From Paraphysomonas bandaiensis (lineage: Eukaryota; Protista; Chrysophyceae): a stretch of 64,000 bases of DNA. Location: the NCBI GenBank assembly GCA_965644295.1, contig CBFFRP010000427.1, positions 62,001 to 126,000 of the forward strand, written 5' to 3'. The position numbers and the translations under genes are program-made. Positions 50,620-62,600 of this stretch are shown piece by piece. How positions within the stretch are numbered: the first letter of the stretch is position 1; the number at the start of each line of letters is the position of its first letter. The notes below the pieces were generated by a model. The model did no database searches. It had not been told where the DNA came from and worked only from the letters and a program-made list of their open reading frames with translations.

Positions 50620-53600
50620 TCACTCAGTGCGGAGAGACTTGGGTACGTTTTCCTGCAAGAGGTCAACTTCCTCCTTCAAGATTTTTACGTCAGCAAACAT
50701 ATTTTCCAACAAAATATCGTAACTCCTATCGATGTCTGCATAGTCATACGTACGCTGATCGAGATCGCGGACCGCTTCCACTATAACTGGGATAAGCTCA
50801 ATATATTTTACACCCAGGTATTGACCATTGTGAGTTTTCGTAACTATGTCGGGGAGTACTTCTTGTACATCCTGGGCAATCACACCCAAGTGAGTTTCAT
50901 TTTTTCCATCACTCATAATCGAATCTGCCGCCCATTTGTAGTATACCCCTCTTATTTTTGAAACCTTGGCAAGTGAATCCCGAATAGTTGTAATATCGGA
51001 CTTAAGTCTCCTATCTGAGTCGACCGTAGGGTTTCCTTGGAACCATATATTACCATACACTGTTAGTCCATTTGTAATATACACTCCGCCGCTCAGAACA
51101 GACAGACCTTCTGTGATCTGTACCCCACTATCATCGATAGTCATTCCATCAAGCTGTATATATAAACCACTGTTGTACACAGTAAGTCCATTCGAAACTC
51201 GCAGACCACCAGCTCTAACAGTCGCCCCACCACCTCGTACATACACTCCTGTATCTTCAACCGTTAATCCTCCAGTCACTTCAATGCCTCCACTTTTAAC
51301 AGATATACCGTTTGTAATCACGGCACCACCCCTCACAGATAATCCACTAGTAAGTCCCATACCACCAGAAAGTATACTTATACCTCCAGCATTTACGACC
51401 AGACCCTCCGAATCAATGGTAAGGCCTCCGGCATCCATAAACATACCACCGTCTGTAATAGTCATGCCAGACGGCACAGTCATACCACTCAAAGAATTCA
51501 GACCGCCGGTATACACTGTTACACCACCGGTAACACGCGCACCACCAACGTGTACAGACACACCTCCAGTTAACTGCATACCTCCAGTTTTTACACTTAC
51601 TCCATCAGTTACCTTGAGTCCACTTAGGCTCACAGTAATACCGCCTAACGATTTTATTCCACTGTTTCCCACAGACAACCCAGATGTAATAGCCACGCCA
51701 GCACTCAAAACGGACACTCCATCCGTTACTTTCATTCCTCCGCTGTTGACTGTGGCACCTCCAGTTACAACAATGCCGGTGTTGTATACGGTTAAGGCAT
51801 CAGAAACTCTTAAGCCACCAGCTTTAATAGATACTCCAACGATAGGAATCAATGCCCCACTATTATACACAGTTAAACCGTGCGATACACCGACCCCACC
51901 ATTGTGGAGAGATAATCCATCAGTTACAACCGCACCACCAATAACAGAGAGTCCGCCGGTTAGACGCAGGCCTCCAGTAAATATAGTTTCTCCGCCTCCA
52001 ATTTTCACACCAGCCGCAACTACACTTAATCCAGTAGCACTTACATGAAGTCCACCAGTGTCTATTGTAGCGCCCGACTGTATAGTCAGATCGAGAGCAT
52101 GAAAGCCACCATCATATACTGTCATGCCGTCAGTTGTGCGTAGTCCACTATTGGTTACGCTCATACCACCACGGAGTGCCACACCACCAATGGCGACAGT
52201 TAACCCGCTAGTAACTTTGAAGCCAGATGATGACACAGTCACGCCTCCCTTAACTTTGATTCCGTCACCAGGAAATGTAAGACCACCATCCGTAATATCT
52301 AGACCTCCAGCAATTACAGTCAGACCGGTGTTCGGCAGCGTCAGGCCACCAGACACTACAAACCCACCGTTACTTATAGACAACCCCCCAGTGGCAATGA
52401 AACCATCAGATGGCACGGACATCCCTCCCTTTGCTTTCAACCCGCCAGCATTAATTGTTGCACCTTTCGCTGTTATATACAAACCACCAGAGTTGATTGT
52501 GGCTCCACTGGTAACCACAAAACCACCGGTTCGTACAGTTGCACCACCTTCAGTACGGAGCCCGCTGTTAATAGCAGAGAGACCACCATCGACAACCAAA
52601 CCGCCGTGGTCAATAGTCAACCCATGCGACTGAACGAATATACCACCTTGAGTAACAGTCAAGCCCTGTTCCACCGTCCCTGCTTTTCTGGCATAAAAAT
52701 TACCCGAATCCAGAGTAAGTCCACCAGTAGTCTTCATACCACCGCTCAAAACGGATAACCCCCCTGTTATGAATGCGGCAGCATTAAAAATTGTGAGTCC
52801 ACCTGAAACACCTGTTCCGCCTGCTGCTACAGAGACACCATCGGTAACAACATTCAAACCGCCCTGGGAAATTGTTTGGCCTCCAGCAGACACTTCTATA
52901 CCAACAGTTGACACTGTCAGTCCAGTACCTACTGTTGCACCACCCGTAATAGCAGTAGCACCGCCCATTTGAGCACCACCACCTGTTGTTATGCCACCAA
53001 GAGCATTCAATCCACCATTCTGTACACAAAGGCCACCAGTGACACGAGCTCCAGCACTGTGGACAGAAAAGCCATTAGTAACCCTCATGCCACCTGTGCT
53101 TATGGATGCGCCCCCATTGAAGTACACTCCAGCAGTACCCACTGATATACCAGCAGTAACATGCATGCCGCTGGCTACACGGCCAAACCCATTGACATAT
53201 AACCCACTATTATAAACAGTTACACCGCCAGACACTCTAACACCACCAGAAACTACTGAAGCACCAGCAGCTTCTACGAACACCCCACCAGAAGAAGCAG
53301 TAACTCTTCCAGCTACCTTCATTCCATCAGAAACAACAGTCATACCACCATCTGATAACACGAATCCACCATCAACCGTGCCACCCCCGGTCACAACCAT
53401 GCCGTTCGCATTCACTGACAAACCGCCAGCAGTGACATATACACCGCCAGATCCGACCGTAGAACCACCAGTGACGTATAGCCCATCTCTAACAACTGAA
53501 ACGCCGCCCGTGACCTTCATACCACCTGAAAAAATTGTGCCTCCAGCTGTTACTTTCATCCCAGCAGCAGCAACACTAAGTCCTTCAGCACTCATCATCA

Positions 53601-56600
53601 AACCTCCTTCGACTATAGTTGCACCACCAGTCACCTTAACTCCACCTGTCCATACCGTCGCCCCACCAGTTACTGCCACGCCATTAAGAGCGACCGACCC
53701 ACCACCAGATCCCACTACTAGCCCGTCACTATCAACTGTGACACCTCCAGTCACCTTTACACCACCACTGCTAACTGTTACGCCTCCTGCTACTTTTAGT
53801 CCGGTAGCAGCAATCGTTGCCCCATCCGCTGTTACAACTAACCCGTCGTCATTAACAGTTAATCCTCCAGTGAAGCTTCCACCTCCGGCGTACACACTTA
53901 AACCGCCGGATGCTCTGAAGCCAGAGTTATATACTGACACGCCTTGAGACACTTGCAACCCTCCTGATGTAATTTTAGTTGCGCCTGCAACAATCATTCC
54001 GGAATCAAGTACAGAGATGCCACCTGCAGCTGTCATACCGGAGGCGGAAATACTTAGACCAGCTTCAGACGTTAACCCAGCACTGTTAACAGTGAGACCG
54101 CCAGTCCCAACAACGCCACCAATAGTAGTAAGGCCGCCAGCAGACACATATACACCTCCGGTAGATACTGTTACAGCAGAGGTGACTTTAAAACCAGCGG
54201 ATCCGATCGACAATCCGCTCCGTACCATCATTCCGCCATCAAATACACTGTGACCACCAGTTATCTGTAGTCCTCCCACTCGCACCGATAATCCGCCAGT
54301 AACTGTAACTCCATTAGACATAACTGAGAGCCCCCCAGTAACTTTCATTCCGAGGGAAGCAACAGTTACACCTCCAGTCACTGTTGCTCCTTCACTGTTA
54401 ATAGTCATACCGTCCGTTAGCCGTAAGCCATCATCAAATATTGTTAAACCATCTGTTGTAATTTCTACACCTAAGCTGGCCCGAAATAAGGCTGATGAAA
54501 CAAGTGCTGCTCCAGATACAGTGGCGCCACCAACTATTTTCATGCCTCCAGCAGAAACAGTAGTACCACCATCAATAACTAGACCATCGTCCATAATACT
54601 GGCACCTCCAGTGACTCGCATACCGTCCATTTGGACCGAGAGCCCTGCCGTGCGTACGAGTAAACCACCAGTCAATATCGAGGTCCCTCCGGTGATCACC
54701 AGACCACTGTCTTGAATGCTCACTCCACCAGTAGCTTTCATCCCAGCAGCAGCAACACTAAGTCCTTCAGCACTCACCATCAAACCTCCTTCAACAATAC
54801 TTGCACCACCAGTCACCTTAACTCCACCTGTCCATACCGTCGCCCCACCAGTTACCGTCATGCCATTAAGAGCGACTGACCCACCCCCAGAGCCTACTAC
54901 CAGTCCACCACCATCTACAGTGAGACTTCCAGTCACCTTTACACCACCACTACTTACAGTTGAACCATCGGCTGATACTTTAAGGCCCGCTGAGGCAACA
55001 GTAACACCCCCTTTTTGAAGAACCACACCTACATTTCTAACTGTTGCGCCGCCAGTTAATTTCATTCCACCAGTTACAATAGTCAAACCAGTGTTCGGTA
55101 AAATCATCCCCGCATCAATGGTAGCTCCTCCAGTGACAACAACACCTTCAGCCTCCACAGAAACCCCTCCACTGCTAATATACACACCTCCGCTACTTAC
55201 AGTGGTGCCCCCAGCTACCTTCAGGCCGTTTGAACTCACAGTTCCACCACCACCAGCTGATACGCCACCATTTGATACAACTATGCCGTCACTTCCAACA
55301 GTCATACCTCCAGTCGTAACAACCAATCCGGCACTGACTGTGCCCTGGTTACGGATGAACAGTCCAACCGTCTCAATCGTAGATCCTCCAGTTGTCGACA
55401 GCCCACTAGAAACGGCAGATATACCAGCAGATACCTTTAGCCCTCCAGACTGAACAGAAGTTCCACCCGTGACTTTCATACCTGCAGAAAATACAGTGGC
55501 CCCTCCTTTGACGAGAAATCCATCGGCTTCTACTGTAACGCCCCCAGCAAGTACATACAAGCCTCCAGTCGTCACTGTTTCTCCACCTTTAATCGCCACA
55601 CCACCACTATTTACCGTTACACCATCTGTAACAGTCATCCCAGATGAGTGCACAGTCAATCCACCCGCAGCTATGGACACCCCATTGTTGAATGTACCAC
55701 CACCGGACACAGTCGTCCCGCCCGTGACAACAACACCACCCGTAACTTTCAGACCACCTGCCATAATACTTGCACCAGCCGTTACTTTAATTCCATCGGC
55801 ATTTATAGATACGCCACCCTTTGTAACGTAAATTCCAGTATCATCGACAGTAAGCCCACCGGTAGTGGACACACCGTTGTCGTAGACAGTCAATCCATCG
55901 GATACTTGTAGCCCCCCTCCATTGAGGGCAACACCACCAGATGTTAACGTAACACCTCCGTCTACAGTAGCTCCACCTGTAACATAGAGACCGCTTGCCT
56001 TCACTGATAATCCCGTGGCTAGAACATAAATTCCTCCGGTCGAAACTGTGGTGCCACCTGTCACAGCCAAGCCTGCTTGGGACTCCAATCGATTGCTCAA
56101 GGTTGTACCTGTGACAGTGATATCACCAGTAACATGTGCTCCACCCAGAAGTACGGTGACACCACCGGTGACCTTCATACCGCCCAGCGATGTAGTAGTC
56201 CCTCCAGTGGCTTTCATCCCAGCAGCAGCAACACTAAGTCCTTCAGCACTCACCATCAAACCTCCTTCAACAATACTTGCACCACCTGTCACCTTAACTC
56301 CACCTGTCCATACCGTCGCCCCACCAGTTACCGTCATGCCATTAAGAGCGACTGACCCACCCCCAGAGCCTACTACCAGTCCACCACCATCTACAGTGAG
56401 ACTTCCAGTCACCTTTACACCACCACTACTTACAGTTGAACCATCGGCTGATACTTTAAGGCCCCCTGAGGCAACAGTCATTCCGCCCCCTGTAATGTAC
56501 ACTCCTCCAGTACTGACTGTTACCCCACCGTCAACTTTCATTCCGTCATCCGAAATGCTCATTCCATCGTCTGCAACCTCGACCCCACCATCAACGCTTA

Positions 56601-59600
56601 CACCACCAGTTGCGTCTATACCATTGGCAGCCACCTCTAAGCCATTAGTTGCAACTCGAATACCACCTGTAAACACTGTGACACCACCAGATACTTTCAA
56701 GCCTTCATTGCGAAGTGATACTCCTCCAGTGACCTTCAATCCATTACTAAGGATAGTGAACCCGCCAGTGACACCGGCCCCATTGGTATAAATATTAAGT
56801 ACTCCAGCATCTAACCATAGCCCAGTGTCCATAATAGTAAAACCCCCATTAGTAATATACTGACCACCCGTCGACACCGTTGCACCGCCAGTAACTTTCA
56901 GACCACTATTTAAAATCGATACACCGTCTTCAAAACTGGCACCTGAGGAGAGTACTTCCAATTTATTCTTTATTTTCAATCCTCCTGAATTGACAGTACC
57001 ACCACCAGAAATAGCGAAGCCAGCAGCAGCAACAGATAGCCCACCAACGTTTACTTTGGTCCCACCACCAACAACTGTTCCTCCACCAATAGCTCTAAAT
57101 CCATCACTACTGATGGTCAAGCCACCATCTGATAACACGAATCCACCATCAACCGTGCCACCCCCGGTCACAACCATGCCGTTCGCATTCACTGACAAAC
57201 CGCCAGCAGTGACATATACACCGCCAGATCCGACCGTGGATGCACCAGTGACGTATAGTCCATCTCTAACAACTGAAACGCCGCCCGTGACCTTCAACCC
57301 ATCCGCAGCGATACTCTGGCCAACATTATTGACATGAAAACCACCATGCTTAATGGTTAAGCCATTGGCATTTATCCACACACCACCATCCACTATAGTT
57401 TTGCCGCCGATAATCTGACTTCCCGTTGTCCACACTGTCTGACCACCAGTAATGGTCAAACCGTTACCAGCAATAGAGACACCACCATTTGATACCACAT
57501 TACCACCAGCATTAATACTTACACCGCCTGCAGCCTGCAAACCCCCAGAGAATACAGTGGATCCGCCAGTAACAGTGACACCATCAGCATCAACTGATAA
57601 ACCATTCAACTGAACCAGTAAACCCCCGGAACTAACGGTCGTTCCATCAGCTATCTTCATTCCATCAGAAACAACAGTCATACCACCATCTGATAACACG
57701 AATCCACCATCAACCGTGCCACCCCCGGTCACAACCATGCCGTTCGCATTCACTGACAAACCGCCAGCAGTGACATATACACCGCCAGATCCGACCGTAG
57801 AACCACCAGTGACGTATAGCCCATCTCTAACAACTGAAACGCCGCCCATGACCTTCATACCACCTGAAAAAATTGTGCCTCCAGCTGTTACTTTCATCCC
57901 AGCAGCAGCAACACTAAGTCCTTCAGCACTCACCATCAAACCTCCTTCAACAATAGTTGCACCACCAGTCACCTTAACTCCACCTGTCCATACCGTCGCC
58001 CCACCAGTTACTGTAAGACCGTTGCGCGCTATTGCCCCACCACCAGAGCCTACTATCAGTCCGCCACTATCAACTGTGACACCTCCAGTCACTTTCATGC
58101 CGCCGTGAACAACTGTCGCCCCACCACTAGATGTCAAGCCTCCGACTTCAACAGTAACTCCAGCTTTGTCAACGACGATACCACCAGCATTGACTGTCAG
58201 GCCGCCTCCAGTGACATACACACCACCATTTGTCACACTGACACCACCCGTTGTGACTACACCATCACCAACGGTACTGCCACCTACTACTCTGAGTCCA
58301 GTCCCCGATAGTGTGATTCCATCAGCACTAATAACTACCCCTCCACTGACAACAGTGAGGCCTTCACGCACTTTGAGTCCAAAACTCGAGACAGTGCCAC
58401 CACCAGTCAATGTAAAGCCGCGAGACGAAACACTGATACCATTAGTCACCTTCAACCCACCTGCTATACTCTGTCCTCCGTTAGAAATGGCTAAACCAGT
58501 GCCCGCGATAGTTCCACCATCGACAATGTACATTCCACCTTTCGCAATAGTTAGCCCACCAGATACCTTCAAGCCCATATCAGTAATGCTAGACCCTCCC
58601 TTAACTTTAAAGCCATCCTTATACACAGTGCCACCTCCAGTTACAGTGAGCCCATGGGCAAGTACAGATATTCCACCGGTCGTTACAACCATACCTTCTT
58701 GTACAGTCAACCCAGAGCTAGCAACGTAAAGCCCCCCTGTTGATACTGTGCTGCCGCCATTGACAACCAACCCTGCAGTATTCACAGTTATACCTCCAGT
58801 GGAGGTCAGTCCCCCAGTAAAAATAGTGCCCCCACTTGTGATCCTCATTCCTGTACCTTCAACAGACACACCGCCATCAACGACTTTAATACCCTCGGTT
58901 GACAACGTTACACCATCTATAACAGTGACGCCAGCATCGTAAACTGTTAGCCCAGCTGAAATCTGCATACCTCTCATTTTCACTGTGCCAGAGGAAACAA
59001 CCACACCTTCATCACTTACTGTCAATCCGCTCTTAATCCAAGTTCCTCCTGTATCGACAGTTGTGCCATCAGTAACTCGCAATCCACTCGACACAACACT
59101 TTTTCCACCAATGACCTTAGAACCACCACCTGTTATCGTTAGTCCCCCAGCACTCACCATCAAACCTCCTTCGACTATAGTTGCACCACCAGTCACCTTA
59201 ACTCCACCTGTCCATACCGTCGCCCCACCAGTTACTGCCACGCCATTAAGAGCGACCGACCCACCACCAGAGCCTACTATCAGTCCGCCACTATCAACTG
59301 TGACACTTCCAGTAACCTTCACGGAGCCACTGTTAATTGTTGCACCTCCAGCTACATTAAATCCACCTCCGGAAACAGATAACCCAGTTTTCAAAACGCT
59401 AAAACCATCATTTCCGACTGTTGCACCGCCAGTTAATTTCAGTCCACCAGTCACGATTGTCAGGCCAGTGTTCGGCAAAACCACACCCGCATCAATAGTA
59501 GATCCCCCTGTAACTCTAAAGCCAACCGTTGTAACAAATACACCACCGCTCTTAATATTCAATCCTTCGTCGCCAAGCGAAACTCCTCCAGTGATGTACA

Positions 59601-62600
59601 TCCCACCCGTCTGAAGAGAGACACCATCAAGAACTGTCATACCATCAACAAAAACTGTAGAACCACCACTGATATGCAAACCGCTAGCAAGAAGTTGAGC
59701 TGTCCCTGTGCGAACTACAATACCCCCATTTTGTACCGTTGTTCCACCCGTGACTTTCATACCTGCAGAATATACAGTGGCCCCTCCTTTGACGAGAAAT
59801 CCATCGGCTTCTACTGTAACGCCCCCAGCAAGTACATACAAGCCTCCAGTCGTCACTGTTTCTCCACCTTTAATCGCCACACCACCACTATTTACCGTTA
59901 CACCATCTGTAACAGTCATCCCAGATGAGTGCACAGTCAATCCACCCGCAGCTATGGACACCCCATTGTTGAATGTACCACCACCGGACACAGTCGTCCC
60001 GCCCGTGACAACAACACCACCCGTAACTTTCAGACCACCTGCCATAATACTTGCACCAGCCGTTACTTTAATTCCATCGGCATTTATAGATACGCCACCC
60101 TTTGTAACGTAAATTCCAGTATCATCGACAGTAAGCCCACCGGTTATTTTAATACCAGAATCATAAATAGTCAATCCATTAGATACCTTGAGGCCTCCGC
60201 TTTCAATGGTAACACCATCGTCTTCTACAACCAATCCATCGTTCTCAATGGTGAGTCCATGCTCAGAGAGAACAAACCCAACATTGCTTACAGTATATCC
60301 ACCTACAACATGCAACCCACCAGATAGAATTGAAACACCGCCACTTACTTTCATCCCGAGGGATGCTACAGTGGAGCCACCACTTGAGTATATACCACCG
60401 GAATTAACAGTAATACCGCCAGTGACTTTCATACCACCAGTATTTATCGTGGTGCCGTCGCTGACTTGGATACCTTGAGCCAAGACAGTCAAACCATCCA
60501 TCTGAGCAATCAGGCCTGTATTTACCACTGTTACACCGCCAGTTACCTTCATTCCTCCAGCGGTTACAGTCAAGCCGGTATTAGTGAGGACCACACCAGA
60601 ATTTAGAGTCGTGCCGCCAGTCACATACAATCCACCTGCAGTTATCGATGCACCCCCTGCAGACACACGCACACCAGTGTCGACTGCAGTTACACCACCA
60701 CTTACAGCCATTCCTGTGTCATAGATAGAGCCGCCACCGGTAGTACGGAGCCCACTACTTTGAATCGACATACCGCTCGCAGCTACTAACACCCCCCCAG
60801 TGGTGACAGTTATTGAACCTTTAATTTTCATACCATCATTTTCTATTGATAGTCCGTGCGAGAGAGCAAATATGCCTGCAGAAGAGATTGTCGCTCCAGA
60901 TGTAACTTTCACACCTCCAGCAGCCACAGAAAGTCCTTTCTCTGTGATATACATGCCTTCGTTTTTCAGTGTAAGTCCTCCAGTAATATGAACTCCACCT
61001 GTATTAACACTCACTCCTCCTGTTATCCGCATACCACCGATGTTGACACTCATACCACCCGACACTTTAATACCCATATCAGACATTGTCGCACCATCCA
61101 ATATGAATACACCATCATCATATACCGTCATGCCATCTGACACACGAAGTCCACCAGTGGCTATGGATATTGCATTATATGCTACCAAACCATCGTTAAG
61201 AGTCACCCCGCCTGTTACTTTCATTCCTCCATCAAGGACAGTCGTACCATCAGTTACAGACACTCCCGCGCTAGCAACATTAAAACCATTGGCTGAAATG
61301 TATATACCCCCTTCGAGAACAGTCACACCACCCCTAACTTTCGAACCCTCAGCATTCACAGATATTCCACCCGTAACTGCAAAGCCATCTATAGCGACAC
61401 TGACGCCTTTGGAAGTAACGTGGAGTCCACCTCCTTTCAAAACTGTTAACCCCCCTGTAACTTTCATGCCTCCTGCAGCTACGGATATTCCTGCGGTTAC
61501 TTTCAGCCCATCAGTATTGATCGAAAGCCCATTACTAACAGAAGCACCGTCAAGGGCATTCAAAGAGCCAGTTATAATATACAGTCCATCATCCCGAACG
61601 GTGACTCCACCTGTAGTATCCATACCAGAGTCCTGAATAAGCATGCCACCCAGCAGAACTTGAAGGCCGTCGTTAGCAATTGTAAGGCCTTCAGTTCTCA
61701 CATAAATTCCCTCCGTGTCAACACTAATACCATCAGTAACTTTCAGACCACCAGATTCGATGGACAATCCAACACTCGAAACTATTCCAGTGTTGACGGC
61801 GGTAATACCTCCAGTAACTTTCATACCGCCAAAATACGACGACAGTCCTTGTGTGACAACAACAACTCCCCCAGATGTAATTGTCGCGCCACCTTGAACT
61901 TTGAAACCAGCGTTATTTACCGTGCCCCCTCCAGTGACCACAAATCCACCACCAACTGAGATTCCATTGTTGATTTTTATTCCAGAAGTCGTAACTGTGA
62001 GGCCACCGCTATTTATATTCATACCTTCGGACTCAATAGTCGTCCCTCCTGTAACTATTATGCCTACATTCCGTACTGACAGCCCACCCGAAATTTGAAT
62101 GCCAGTTGCTGCTGCCGCAGCACCGTTAGTAGCTATCACTCTTCCAGAGTTTACTGTCAAGCCATTGGAAGTAACATACAAACCTCCAGTTGCAACAGTG
62201 GTACCTCCAGTTATCTTTAGTCCACCAGAGTGTACAGTTGTTCCACCTGTTACTTTCAAACCACCACTCATAATAGACGCACCGGGGGTCACTGTCGCCC
62301 CTCCACTGGATATACTAAGGCCAGTGTCAGTCACTAGAATTCCACCGGTAGTAACAGTGATACCATGCTGATCAACTAGCATTCCTCCAGTCTGTAATCG
62401 CATACGACCATTCACTGTCATACCACCACTGTTGATACTAATTCCATCAGTAGTGGTGAGACCATCACTTAAGACACTAATACCGTCAGCTATCTTAACT
62501 CCTCCTTCTGCAATAGTACCACCTCCAGTAACAGCGACACCTCGGCTACCAATACTTAAACCGCCGGCGATGATAATACCGTTGACTAGAATGCTCATAC

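Noticed and set aside
50966-62371. Many Pro/Thr-rich plus-strand ORFs (PPVT repeats)
   Set aside because: Antisense shadows of the Gly/Val/Thr codons of the giant minus-strand ORF.
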